NCBI GenBank assembly: GCA_963712745.1 | Contig: CAVQJC010000020.1 | Span: 288,001 to 352,000 of the forward strand | Source of the DNA: an uncultured Chloroflexia bacterium | Lineage (GTDB): Bacteria > Chloroflexota > Limnocylindria > Limnocylindrales > CSP1-4 | Reading direction: 5' to 3' | Length of the DNA: 64,000 nt | Shown here: positions 21,745-30,745 of the stretch, in pieces | How positions within the stretch are numbered: position 1 is the stretch's first letter | Layout of the letters: each line of letters begins with the position of its first letter | The notes under the pieces: generated by a model | The model's database searches: none | Told to the model about the DNA's origin: nothing | Seen by the model: the letters and a program-made list of their open reading frames with translations, nothing else | Translations under genes and position numbers: made by a program

Positions 21745-22988
21745 GCCTCTGTCCCTGCCGCATCGTGCTGTGCCGCGTCGTGCCAGTCGAACCGCCGCTC
21801 AGCGAGGGCTGCCTCCACGTCCCCGGTGACCGCGCGCAGGATGCGGTCGGAGCCGAAGCGGATGGCGAGGCTGGCCAGCTGCCACTCCAGCCGGGCAGCA
21901 TGCGCACCCTGCCGACTGAACAACGTCAGCTGCTGGCCGGCCTCAGGCGCGGTGCCATCGAGCTGCAGTGCCAGCCGCCCCACTGCCGCCGACGGTGGTG
22001 CCGCTTCCAGGCGGGCCATGAGCAGTCGCTCCAGGAGCTCGGCGGCGGCCGACGGCTCCGGCAGCGCCTGGCGATACTCGAGCGGCGGCACCTCCGCTCC
22101 CGGTGACCGCTCCAGCGTCAGCGTCAACGTGGCACGGGCAGCGCCGGCACCACGTGCCGCGAGTTGCTCACAGAGCGTGCTGCACAGGTGGTGGAGCACG
22201 AAACGAAGCGGTTCCAGCTCCTCCACCGGTGGCTCCAGCTCCACGTCTGCGGTGAGATGCTCGACCGGGCGGCGTGGTCGCAACGGCCGCCGGTCCAGGC
22301 CGCGGACGAGGTCATGCATCGCCGCCCCCGCGGCCCCGAAGCGGGAGACCACCGCGGAGTGGTCCAGGGCGGCCAGCTGCCCCATCGTGGTCAGTCCCAG
22401 CACGCGCAGACGCTCCTGCATCTCCGCATCCGCCGGCAGCAGTGTCAGCGGCAAGGGCTCGAGGAAGGCCGCCTCTTCGCGCCGCCCGCCGGGAGGCACA
22501 GCACCAGCGCCGATGTGCGCGGCCACCGCCGCCCCGAACCGGGTGTTTCCGATACCCGCTCGCGGGCTTCCCGGCAACAGCGGCTCCGCGATGGCCAGCG
22601 CGCGCCGGACCAGGCTCGCCTCGTCACCCCACAGCCGGGCCAGGCCCTCGATACCGATGAGGATGCGGCCGAAACGCGGGTCGGCCGGGTCGACCTCCCC
22701 TTCCACGGCCGGGGCCAGCGAGTTCAGTGCGTCCAGCGCCTCTTCGAAGGGATCGGCCAGCCGGGCAGGTTCGAGCGGCAGGAAGGTCGCCTCCGGGACC
22801 AGGCTGTGGGCCGTACCCAGCGGCTGTCCGCGGCGCACGCCCAGCGCACTGGCGGCAGGGCTGCGGTCGAGCACGGCACCGGGATCCCACGGCCGTCCCC
22901 CGAGGATGACGGTCTCCTCCGGACCGAGGTCGCGGCCGAGCGCCAGTCGCAACGGCAGGTGCGGCCAGTCCAGGTACAGCAAGCGCAT
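21741..22988 (-). CDS. imuB: ImuB, inactive Y-family polymerase homologue
   Basis: VLDRSPAASALGVRRGQPL, FLEPLPL, LRVLGLTTMGQLAAL...RFG, C-terminal QQLTLF clamp-binding-like motif; follows the RecA-like gene. Confidence 0.85.
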   Translation of the reverse strand: MRLLYLDWPHLPLRLALGRDLGPEETVILGGRPWDPGAVLDRSPAASALGVRRGQPLGTAHSLVPEATFLPLEPARLADPFEEALDALNSLAPAVEGEVDPADPRFGRILIGIEGLARLWGDEASLVRRALAIAEPLLPGSPRAGIGNTRFGAAVAAHIGAGAVPPGGRREEAAFLEPLPLTLLPADAEMQERLRVLGLTTMGQLAALDHSAVVSRFGAAGAAMHDLVRGLDRRPLRPRRPVEHLTADVELEPPVEELEPLRFVLHHLCSTLCEQLAARGAGAARATLTLTLERSPGAEVPPLEYRQALPEPSAAAELLERLLMARLEAAPPSAAVGRLALQLDGTAPEAGQQLTLFSRQGAHAARLEWQLASLAIRFGSDRILRAVTGDVEAALAERRFDWHDAAQHDAAGTEA

Positions 22989-23021
22989 GGTTCGCTCGAT
23001 GGCACGTCCGCGAGGCCGCGC

Positions 23022-23975
23022 TCAGACCACGACCAGCCGCGGTGCCTGACCGACCGACCGGATGGCCGGCTCCACCTCGTCCGGGGCCAGCGCTGGTCCG
23101 GTGATCGCCTCTGGCACCGCCGGTATCAGCCGGTGGGTCGCTTGGGCACGTTCCCCATCGGTGAGGTAGTGGATATCCAGGTCCACACTGCGACCCGGTG
23201 GCCCGTAGCGGTTCTTGGCCACGGTCACGGCCGTGCGTTGGCCGACCACGTCCCGTCCCAGCCGCAGCCAGCTCCGACGCTCCAGTTCCAGCCGCAGACC
23301 GGTGCTCCGGGCCAGTGCCGCCTGTACCGACCCCGCGACCGAGACCGGCTCGAGCACGACGAGGCGGGCACCGACACGACGGGCATGAGCCGCGAGACGG
23401 CGCAACTGGTCGTCGAAGCGCGCGCGCAACCGGACCGGCAGATCCACCACCAGCAGACCCACGCAGCGTCCCGTGAGCAGGGCCCCGGCCAGGCTGAGAC
23501 CCTCCTGGGTATCTGCCGGGCGGATGACCAGCAGCCAGCGCAGGTCGACACCGCGACCGACCGCCTCCACCGGGTCGAAGGCGCGGCCCAGGTCCAGCCA
23601 GGCCACGATATCTCCCGCCGACTGGGCCTCCGCCACAGAGCGCAGCGCCAGCGTGGTCTTGCCGCTGGAGGGTCCGCCACGCAGGACGACGCTGGCCTCC
23701 GGCGGCAGACCCGAAGGCCCGAGGATGGCGTCCAGCGCCGGAAAGCCGGTGGAGATGACGCCCGCGATGGGCGGCTCCGAGGCTGGCTGCGGTGCTCCCG
23801 GGTGGGAGTCCGGGAGCACCGCGAGGGCGAGGGAGCCATGGACGGCCGGAGCCTCTCGACCCGCTGCTACCGCCGACCCGACCGGGCGGCCGTCGCCCAG
23901 CCGGACAGCAGCACTGCCCCAGCGGGTCTGGAGGGTGGCAAGGGCACTTCTGAGAGGCTCTGATGACCGTTCCAT
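23022..23975 (-). CDS. imuA: ImuA-like RecA-family protein
   Basis: ISTGFPALDAILG, GGPSSGKTTLAL, GVDLRWLLV, LLVVD, KNRYGPP; first gene of an SOS-boxed operon with imuB. Confidence 0.78.
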   Translation of the reverse strand: MERSSEPLRSALATLQTRWGSAAVRLGDGRPVGSAVAAGREAPAVHGSLALAVLPDSHPGAPQPASEPPIAGVISTGFPALDAILGPSGLPPEASVVLRGGPSSGKTTLALRSVAEAQSAGDIVAWLDLGRAFDPVEAVGRGVDLRWLLVIRPADTQEGLSLAGALLTGRCVGLLVVDLPVRLRARFDDQLRRLAAHARRVGARLVVLEPVSVAGSVQAALARSTGLRLELERRSWLRLGRDVVGQRTAVTVAKNRYGPPGRSVDLDIHYLTDGERAQATHRLIPAVPEAITGPALAPDEVEPAIRSVGQAPRLVVV

Positions 23976-23985
23976 GGCCCGACGA

Positions 23986-24014
23986 ATCATAGAACATCTG
24001 TTCTATTTCTTCAA
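23986..24014 (-). promoter_or_regulatory. Sigma70 promoter TTGAAG-N17-TATGAT with an embedded LexA box
   Basis: ATAGAACATCTGTTCTAT at 23989-24006 is identical to the dnaE2 box; -35 at 24014-24009, -10 at 23991-23986, 17-nt spacer. Confidence 0.9.
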
Positions 24015-24059
24015 GTGTCATGTCGCTGTCACCGAACCCCGGGAGACTGCGGCGCTAGC

Positions 24060-24824
24060 ATGAACGTCCTGATGCCTACCCCACAGCCCAATGCCGAGCC
24101 GGCGATCACGACCCGGCCCATCCTCGTCGTCGACGACGACCGCAAGATCGTGGCCCTCGTGCGCGCCTATCTCGAGCGCGAAGGCTTCCATGTCATCACC
24201 GCCTACGACGGCCGGGAGGCCCTCCGCCGGGCGCGCTCGGAGGATCCGGCTCTCATCGTGCTGGACCTGATGCTGCCCGAGATCGACGGTCTCGAGGTCA
24301 TGCGCCTGCTGCGCGCCGACAGCGCCGTACCGGTACTGATGCTGACTGCCCGCAGCTCCCTGCCCGAGCGCATCATCGGCCTCGAGAAGGGCGCCGACGA
24401 CTACCTGCCCAAGCCGTTCAGCCCGGCCGAGCTGGTGGTGCGCGTCAAGGCCGTCCTGCGCCGGGTCAACCAGCCGGCCGCCGCCGTGCCCGCCAAGCCG
24501 GCCTCGGCCATGCTGACCCAGAACGACCTCCTCATCGACACCGAGCGCTACGAGGTCCGCCGCGGTGATGAGCTGGTGCCGCTGACGCCGGTCGAGTTCA
24601 AGCTGCTGGTGACCCTGGTGGCGGCCGACGGACGGGCCCTCACCCGCGACCAGCTGCTCGATGCCGTCTATGGCTCCGATGACGGTGACGTGCTCGACCG
24701 CACCATCGACGTGCACATCGGCCGCCTGCGCGACAAGCTCGACGACGACGCCGAGCGGCCCCGTTACATCATGACCGTGCGCGGCGTGGGCTACCGCGCG
24801 GCGCCGCCACTCACCGAGGCCTAG
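24060..24824 (+). CDS. OmpR-family response regulator
   Basis: ILVVDDD, LDLMLP, MLTAR, GADDYLPKPF; winged helix RTIDVHIGRLRDKL...TVRGVGY. Confidence 0.96.
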   Translation: MNVLMPTPQPNAEPAITTRPILVVDDDRKIVALVRAYLEREGFHVITAYDGREALRRARSEDPALIVLDLMLPEIDGLEVMRLLRADSAVPVLMLTARSSLPERIIGLEKGADDYLPKPFSPAELVVRVKAVLRRVNQPAAAVPAKPASAMLTQNDLLIDTERYEVRRGDELVPLTPVEFKLLVTLVAADGRALTRDQLLDAVYGSDDGDVLDRTIDVHIGRLRDKLDDDAERPRYIMTVRGVGYRAAPPLTEA

Positions 24825-24829
24825 CCGCA

Positions 24830-25945
24830 GTGCCCGGGGAGCAGGCCGGCGGACATCGGCCCGCCTTCGGCCGCGGGCTGGCCGTCCGCATCGCCCTGGT
24901 GGGCATCGGCTCGGCACTGGTGGCGGTCGGCATCATCACCGCCGGCGTGCTCATCGTCGGCAGCGAGGCCATGGCCCACCTCATGATGGAGCACGGCGAG
25001 ACCGCGGAGGCCTCGTATGCCATGTTCGACCATTCCATCCGTGACGTGCTCTGGGTGGCCACGGTCATCGCCATCGCCGCGGGCGTCATCCTCGCCATCG
25101 CGCTCTCGCGGATGCTCGCGCGGCCCCTGGCCGAGATCGGCGCTGCAGCCCGGCGGGTGGCGGATGGCGACCTCAGCATCCGCGTTCCGCGGCCGCAGCC
25201 CGACGAGCTGGCCAGCCTGGCCGACTCCTTCAACCAGATGGCCGCCGAGCTCGAGGAGAGCGAGCGGCAGCGGCGTGACATCATCGCCAACACCGCACAC
25301 GAGCTGCGCACGCCACTGACCAACCTGGAGGGCTATCTCGAGGCTATCCGCGACGGCGTCATCGAGCCCGACGCGAGTACCTTCGAATCGCTGCTGGAGG
25401 AGACGGAGCGCCTGGTCAGATTGGCCCGTTCGCTCGACGACCTGGCCCTCGGCGACGCCGCGCACGTGCGTGCGCGGCCGGTGGAGGTCGACCTGGCGCT
25501 GCAGCTGGCCGCGGCGGCAGAACTGGCGCGACCAGCCTTCGAGGCCCGGCGCCTGGCACTCGTGCGCGACTGGCCGGAGCGGCTGCCAGCCAGGGCCGAT
25601 CCCGACCAGTTCTCGCAGGTCCTCAACAACCTGCTCCAGAACGCGGCCCGCTACGCGCCCGAAGGCGGCGGCGTCACGCTCAGTGCCGAGAACCGCGATG
25701 ACACCGTGCTGGTGAGCATCAGCAACAGCGGTGAGGGCATCCCGCCGGAAGATCTGCCCCACGTCTTCGAGCGCTTCTACCGTGTCGAGAAATCACGCGA
25801 CCGGGCGCTCGGCGGCGCCGGCATCGGCCTGGCCATCGTCAAGCAGCTGGTGGAGGGCTGGGGTGGCCGCGTGGGGGCCGAGTCGGCGTCAGGCCGCACG
25901 CGCTTCTGGTTCAGCCTGCCGCAGGGGCGTAGATCGGCCTACTGA
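24830..25945 (+). CDS. HAMP-domain sensor histidine kinase (BaeS-like)
   Basis: Two TM helices, HAMP, HELRTPL, NLLQNA, FERFYR, GAGIGLAIVK. Confidence 0.95.
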   Translation: MPGEQAGGHRPAFGRGLAVRIALVGIGSALVAVGIITAGVLIVGSEAMAHLMMEHGETAEASYAMFDHSIRDVLWVATVIAIAAGVILAIALSRMLARPLAEIGAAARRVADGDLSIRVPRPQPDELASLADSFNQMAAELEESERQRRDIIANTAHELRTPLTNLEGYLEAIRDGVIEPDASTFESLLEETERLVRLARSLDDLALGDAAHVRARPVEVDLALQLAAAAELARPAFEARRLALVRDWPERLPARADPDQFSQVLNNLLQNAARYAPEGGGVTLSAENRDDTVLVSISNSGEGIPPEDLPHVFERFYRVEKSRDRALGGAGIGLAIVKQLVEGWGGRVGAESASGRTRFWFSLPQGRRSAY

Positions 25946-26019
25946 TACCGGTATCCGCGCTCCAAGTCGGACTCCACCGAGCGTGCCGGCCTTATCACCG
26001 TGACGCAGCGCGAAGACGG

Positions 26020-26574
26020 TCACTCGGCGGGCAGGTCGGGCATCTCGGCGGGGATGATGACGCCGTTGATGGGCTTGAGTCCGCGGAACGCGAAGGACCC
26101 ATCGGTGTAGAGGATGGCCGTCAGGCCTTCGTAGCCACCAGCCCCGGTGAGGACGAGCTGCTCGATGTCGATGCTCGCCCCGGCGTCATCTCCGTCCGTG
26201 CTGACGTTGGTGCCGGTCCCGGACCACGATCCGCTGTCGTTGGCGATCTCCAGCTCCGTGGTCAGCACCCAGAAGCCGTCGTACGCTCGCTCGCTCCTGA
26301 CGGCAGAGCCGGTGCCGGTGAGGCGCGGGTCGTCCATGACGAAGCCGATGCAATCGGCCCAGACGAAGGAGCCGTCTCCGGGGTCACCCTCGGTCACGGC
26401 GAAGTCCCCTTCCGGCTCGCACGGCTCACTCGCGCCGCCGATCGGATCGAAGCTTCCGCTCACGACGGCTCCCGCTTGGTCGGCCCCGTCGTCCTGCGCC
26501 GCGACCCCGACCGCCGAACCGGCCAGCAGGCCGATGGCGAGGATGGAGATGGTGGTGGTCTTGACAGCCCGCAC
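26020..26574 (-). CDS. Hypothetical secreted beta-rich protein
   Basis: GGAGG RBS, signal peptide KTTTISILAIGLLAGSAVGVAAQ, DDPRLTG and LTGAGGYEGL motifs. Confidence 0.72.
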   Translation of the reverse strand: MRAVKTTTISILAIGLLAGSAVGVAAQDDGADQAGAVVSGSFDPIGGASEPCEPEGDFAVTEGDPGDGSFVWADCIGFVMDDPRLTGTGSAVRSERAYDGFWVLTTELEIANDSGSWSGTGTNVSTDGDDAGASIDIEQLVLTGAGGYEGLTAILYTDGSFAFRGLKPINGVIIPAEMPDLPAE

Positions 26575-26949
26575 GGGACCCTCCATTCCCCCCATGGTGC
26601 ATCCAGGGACGGACGAGCCATCTGCTGTCCGTCGTGCCGGAGCGAGGGGTCAGGATATCAACGCGGTCCAGTGGCTCGGAGTGACTCAGGCGGCCGGCGT
26701 ACCCGAGTCGGACTGCTGGCAGAGCTGTTGGTCGTGGTGCTGGGGTCTGGGGTCTGGGGTGGTGGCGCAGGGGCCGTCGCCCGAGGCGACGGCGCTCGAT
26801 GCGCCTGAGGACATCGATTCCCTGCGGCCCGCCGGCTACTGCTTCATGCTCAGGACATGACCACCGGACGGCATCGGACAGAGAGGTCCGTTCGGTGCAG
26901 CCTGCCGCAGCGTCGCGCGACCGATCCCGGAGCTTCGCGCTGACCCGGT

Positions 26950-27708
26950 TCAGTCCTCGGCCGCGACGGCCTCCTCCACGCGGCGCTTGATGCCCAGCAT
27001 CTGACTGCGCATCAGCGCGAATACGCCTACGGACAGGAGCGGGAAGCCGCGACGCTGGATGCCGTTGACGTCCTCGATGCGGAAACGCAAGCGCTCGATG
27101 AGGCGGGTCCGCCCGCCCGCAACCTCCTCCAGCTCGAAGGCCCAGCTGACCTGATAGGGCGGCATGTCGAAGTCAGCGCCAGCGGGGACATCGGCGTCGT
27201 CGAGGCGGTCCGCCACCAGCTCCTCGACCTGCTCGCGCATCATGGAGTCGTCGATGAACAGCACGAGCGCCTCACCGGGCTCGACGACCCTGGCCGCGAA
27301 GCCCCCATGCGGGTGCGTCGGTACGAGGTCGCCCACGGCCAGGTCCTGGAACTCCTCGAGGATCTCGTCGGCGCTCTCGCCCGTGGCCCCGCCGCCCGGG
27401 CTCCAGGGCCGATCGAGCGGGGCATAGCTGTACCAGCCGCCCCGACCGTAGCCGAGCTGCGCCAGCCAGGGCCAGACCTGGTCCGGGCTCGCATCGATGT
27501 CGACGGCGCGGGTCTCCACGACATCGGCATCCGGCACCAGCTCGTCGCCGGCGAAGCTCCGCTGGTCGCCGCCCTTCAGGACCCCCCACGTCCGATGCAG
27601 GGAGCGCAGCTGCACCAAGTAGGCGGCGCCCATGCCCGCGGAGAACGCGAGCGACATCAACTTGATGAGCACGATGGCCTTGAAAGCGAACCTGATCAGG
27701 CGGAACAC
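26950..27708 (-). CDS. SRPBCC (START-like) family protein
   Basis: TRAVDIDASPDQVWPWLAQLGYGRGGWYSY; WAFELE...RTRLIER. Confidence 0.85.
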   Translation of the reverse strand: MFRLIRFAFKAIVLIKLMSLAFSAGMGAAYLVQLRSLHRTWGVLKGGDQRSFAGDELVPDADVVETRAVDIDASPDQVWPWLAQLGYGRGGWYSYAPLDRPWSPGGGATGESADEILEEFQDLAVGDLVPTHPHGGFAARVVEPGEALVLFIDDSMMREQVEELVADRLDDADVPAGADFDMPPYQVSWAFELEEVAGGRTRLIERLRFRIEDVNGIQRRGFPLLSVGVFALMRSQMLGIKRRVEEAVAAED

Positions 27709-27841
27709 GGGTGGCCTCCTCGCTCGACTCTGGACGTCCCGATGCTACTCCCCGGCCCGCGCCCGGGAACGTGTCATTCGGGCCCTTCCCGAACGCCAGG
27801 GGTATACTTCGGCCGCCGAGTGGCCGTGGGCCACGCTCAGT

Positions 27842-27917
27842 GGGGATGTAGCTCAGCTGGGAGAGCGCTGCGTTCGCATCGCAGAGGCCAGGGGTTCGAG
27901 TCCCCTCATCTCCACCA
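27842..27917 (+). tRNA. tRNA-Ala (anticodon CGC)
   Basis: Cloverleaf: GGGGATG/CATCTCC acceptor with G3:U70, anticodon arm CTGCG-TTCGCAT-CGCAG, GGTTCGAG T-loop, encoded CCA; TATACT -10 at 27803. Confidence 0.97.
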
Positions 27918-27976
27918 CTCATTTCCCTGGCACCGTACCGTCACGATGTGGCTCGCCGCCCTGGGGATGGTGCGGG

Positions 27977-28801
27977 CTACGGCGACCCCCAAGTGTGGCG
28001 AGGCTCGTACCCGAGGAGCTCGCGAGCATGGTCGATGGCCAGCAGGGTCTGGCGGCCTGCGAGCCTGGCGCGCAACGGCACCGATGGATAGACCTCGGCC
28101 ATGAGGTCCGCACTGTCGCGCCTCATGACGGTGTCGGCGGCAGCGATGATCGCGATCTCGGATCCGCTCACGGGGGCCACAAGGCTCGACTCGCAGGCCA
28201 TCGCTACGTCGCGCGCATCGACGTAGCCCCACAGGTTCCAACGCCGGAGGGTGGCATCGCCCTGGTAGCTCTGGAAGGCCTCGTAATCGGCCGGCTCCAT
28301 GATGTTGGAGATGCGCAGGCCGACGTACGGTGTGCCGGTCCGGCGCGCGAACTGGCCCGCCATGGTCTCGCCGGCCAGCTTGGCGAGAGCGTACGAGGAC
28401 TCGGGACGAGCCGGATGTGATTCGTCGATGGGGGCGAATGCAGGTGGCGTATCGAACGGCAGCCCCAGGACCGTCTCACTCGAGGCATAGACCACCCGCG
28501 ACAAGCCATGCGATTCCGCGGCCGCGAAGACGTTGAAGGTCGAGAGCGTGTTGATGCGGAACGTCTCGGCGGGTGGCCGGAGCTCCGGAGCCGGGATGGC
28601 CGCGAAGTGGACCACGGCGTCAGCGCCAGCCAGGGCCTCGTAGCACTGGCCGGGATCGGTCAGGTCAGCCACGAGGCAGAGGCCGTGGGCACTGCCATCG
28701 TGCTTCAGGTCGACGTTGAGGACGTCATGGCCGACCTCGCGCAGACGAGCCACGACCCAGCGCCCGCCCTTGCCGGTGCCTCCGGTGACGACGATCCTCA
28801 T
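27977..28801 (-). CDS. NAD-dependent epimerase/dehydratase (extended SDR)
   Basis: VVTGGTGKGG, VVHFAAIP, YASSE, YALAK (YxxxK), YVDARD. Confidence 0.93.
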   Translation of the reverse strand: MRIVVTGGTGKGGRWVVARLREVGHDVLNVDLKHDGSAHGLCLVADLTDPGQCYEALAGADAVVHFAAIPAPELRPPAETFRINTLSTFNVFAAAESHGLSRVVYASSETVLGLPFDTPPAFAPIDESHPARPESSYALAKLAGETMAGQFARRTGTPYVGLRISNIMEPADYEAFQSYQGDATLRRWNLWGYVDARDVAMACESSLVAPVSGSEIAIIAAADTVMRRDSADLMAEVYPSVPLRARLAGRQTLLAIDHARELLGYEPRHTWGSP

Positions 28802-29120
28802 GGTCGGACCAGTTCCTCGAAATAGCCACACCGGAGCAGCGTTGGATCGCAGGACGGATGGACCCACTCGGTCTCCATGCACTCAGTATGTGGCACACGG
28901 CCCCGTGGTACGTGGCCGGCGATGTCCGATGTCCGACGTCCGGTGCCACCATGGTTGACGTGATCCGTCATCGCTCGAACACTGTGGGACGGGGTCGGCC
29001 GGCTCCACGCCGAAGCAGAGGGCCACATTCGATGACAGCCGCAGCCAACGCCCCTGCCGGGCGCGACCTCGACAACGGCCTCCGCCCGGGCCCACGTCGG
29101 GCCACCACGGAAGCTCATCG

Positions 29121-29639
29121 GTGGCCATGATGCATCGGACGCTCAGCGTGTTCACCGCCTTGGCGCTCGGGGTCGCGAGCGCGTGCGCCGGGGATCCCGG
29201 CCCGGCCACGGAAGCGGATGCCTCGCTGGGCGTAGAGCCGACCGCGGTCGAGGCCAGCGCATCGCCGGACCCCAGTCCCACCGCTGAGCCGTCCATGGAC
29301 CCCGAAGGCGAAGTGTGCCTGCGCGTGACCGAGGTCGAACAGCGTCTGGCCGCGCTGCGGTCGGTCGAGCTGCTCCTGCCGAATCGCGTCGCGCTGGATA
29401 TCGAGCTCGACAAGCTCACGTCCGCCTACCGCGAACTGGAGGATGCCGAGCTGGGTGAGCGGGCCGAGGAGCTGGAGCGGTCCCTGACCCGGCTGGGGTA
29501 CCGCCTCGGCGAGCTGGAGCTGGCGGTCGAGGACTTCCGCACCACCAACCGCCCGCGTCGCGCTGCGCCGCACGTGGAGGAGGACTCGCAGAAGGTCGCC
29601 GACGAGCTGGCCGCGTTCGTCATCCTCTCGCGCTGCTGA
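29121..29639 (+). CDS. Hypothetical exported protein, possible lipoprotein
   Basis: Signal peptide ending VASAC, Pro/Ser linker, helical C-terminal domain. Confidence 0.65.
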   Translation: MAMMHRTLSVFTALALGVASACAGDPGPATEADASLGVEPTAVEASASPDPSPTAEPSMDPEGEVCLRVTEVEQRLAALRSVELLLPNRVALDIELDKLTSAYRELEDAELGERAEELERSLTRLGYRLGELELAVEDFRTTNRPRRAAPHVEEDSQKVADELAAFVILSRC

Positions 29640-29649
29640 GCAGGGTCCG

Positions 29650-29716
29650 GGCCGCACCCCGCGGGATCGGCCGCACCCCGCCGGATCGGACGCGCCCCGC
29701 CGGATCGGACGCCCGC
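29650..29716. repeat. 19-bp tandem repeat (about 3.5 copies) between convergent genes
   Basis: GGCCGCACCCCGCGGGATC / GGCCGCACCCCGCCGGATC / GGACGCGCCCCGCCGGATC / partial copy. Confidence 0.85.
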
Positions 29717-29718
29717 AG

Positions 29719-30441
29719 CTAATCCAGCGCTGCGCGGACCTCCGTGGCGTGGTCCCGCAGCCAGCGGCGCGCCTCGGGCGTACGCGGAGCATGCCGTTCG
29801 ACCAATGCCCAGAAGCGACGGGTGTGCCCCCGGATGTGCAGGTGAGCCAGCTCGTGGACCACGACTGCATCGAGCACGAACGGCGGCGCCAGGAGCAGGC
29901 GCCAGCTGAACGAGAGCGCCCCGCTCGTCGAGGCCGAGGCCCAGCGGCTGGACTGGTCACGGATGCTGAGATGGCCGGCCCGGACCTCCATCTCGATGGC
30001 CCTGGCCGCCACCCGTTGCCTGATGACCGCCCGCGCCCGCTCGCGCAGCCAGGCTTCCAGCAGCTCGGCCGTGCCTCGCCCGTCGCGGCCAAGGCGCACG
30101 ACGAGGCCGGCGGGGATCGGCTCCACGCGCCCTCGCACGGGACGGACTGCAGCAACGACCGCTGAGATGCGGAGAGGCTCCCCGGCCACCTCCAGCACGC
30201 GTCCCTCCCCCAGCGGCGGCCGTGCCGCCAGCCGATCGCGCTCGTCGTCGATCCGGCCGATGTGCCGGTCGAGCCAATCGGCATGCTGCCCCACCAGACG
30301 CTCGGCCTCGGCCAGGGGCATGCGGCGCGGCAGGACCACCACCGCCTCGCCGTCGCGGCTCACGGTCAGCCGGGCTCGACGGGCACGGTCTGAGCGGCGC
30401 ACGCGGTAGGCGTGCCGGTCGGTCGTCACGTCAGCGCCCAT
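29719..30441 (-). CDS. YgjP/DUF45 (SprT-like) zinc metalloprotein
   Basis: VRRSDRARR, IRDQSSRWASAS, FSWRLL, VVHELAHL...HTRRFW. Confidence 0.9.
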   Translation of the reverse strand: MGADVTTDRHAYRVRRSDRARRARLTVSRDGEAVVVLPRRMPLAEAERLVGQHADWLDRHIGRIDDERDRLAARPPLGEGRVLEVAGEPLRISAVVAAVRPVRGRVEPIPAGLVVRLGRDGRGTAELLEAWLRERARAVIRQRVAARAIEMEVRAGHLSIRDQSSRWASASTSGALSFSWRLLLAPPFVLDAVVVHELAHLHIRGHTRRFWALVERHAPRTPEARRWLRDHATEVRAALD

Positions 30442-30582
30442 GCAGTCACGCGTCTCATCGTACGCGGGGCACCCGCAGCCGCGCCACGGGCTGGCCGCTG
30501 GCCTCACCTCGGCCGCGCGATCTACGGGCGCCCGGCAAGACCAATCGCCACGATGGCGAGGATTCGGTATGATGCGGAACAC

Positions 30583-30658
30583 GGGGCGATAGCTCAGCTG
30601 GGAGAGCATCTGCATGGCATGCAGAAGGTCCGGGGTTCAAGTCCCCGTCGCTCCACCA
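30583..30658 (+). tRNA. tRNA-Ala (anticodon GGC)
   Basis: GGGGCGA/TCGCTCC acceptor with G3:U70, TCTGC-ATGGCAT-GCAGA anticodon arm, CCA end; TATGAT -10 at 30568. Confidence 0.97.
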
Positions 30659-30674
30659 CCCGAACCTCAATGCG

Positions 30675-30700
30675 GACCCCCGTCATCGACGGGGGTCTTG
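30675..30700 (+). terminator. Intrinsic terminator after tRNA-Ala(GGC)
   Basis: 10-bp stem GACCCCCGTC-atc-GACGGGGGTC followed by TTGT. Confidence 0.75.
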
Positions 30701-30745
30701 TCATTCCGGGGATAGATGAAGCAGGCAGACCGTGAGGTTCCACGC

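Noticed and set aside
23022-23975. Canonical recA
   Set aside because: Lacks the catalytic Glu and conserved L1/L2 region; operonic with imuB.
28802-29120. Riboswitch or ncRNA in the 320-bp divergent intergenic region (contains GATGTCC-like x3 at 28921-28941)
   Set aside because: No recognisable aptamer consensus or terminator; the short repeat alone is insufficient. An Rfam search would settle it.
27842-30658. tRNA-Ala genes as island integration sites
   Set aside because: I found no integrase, no duplicated tRNA 3' end and no obvious composition shift.
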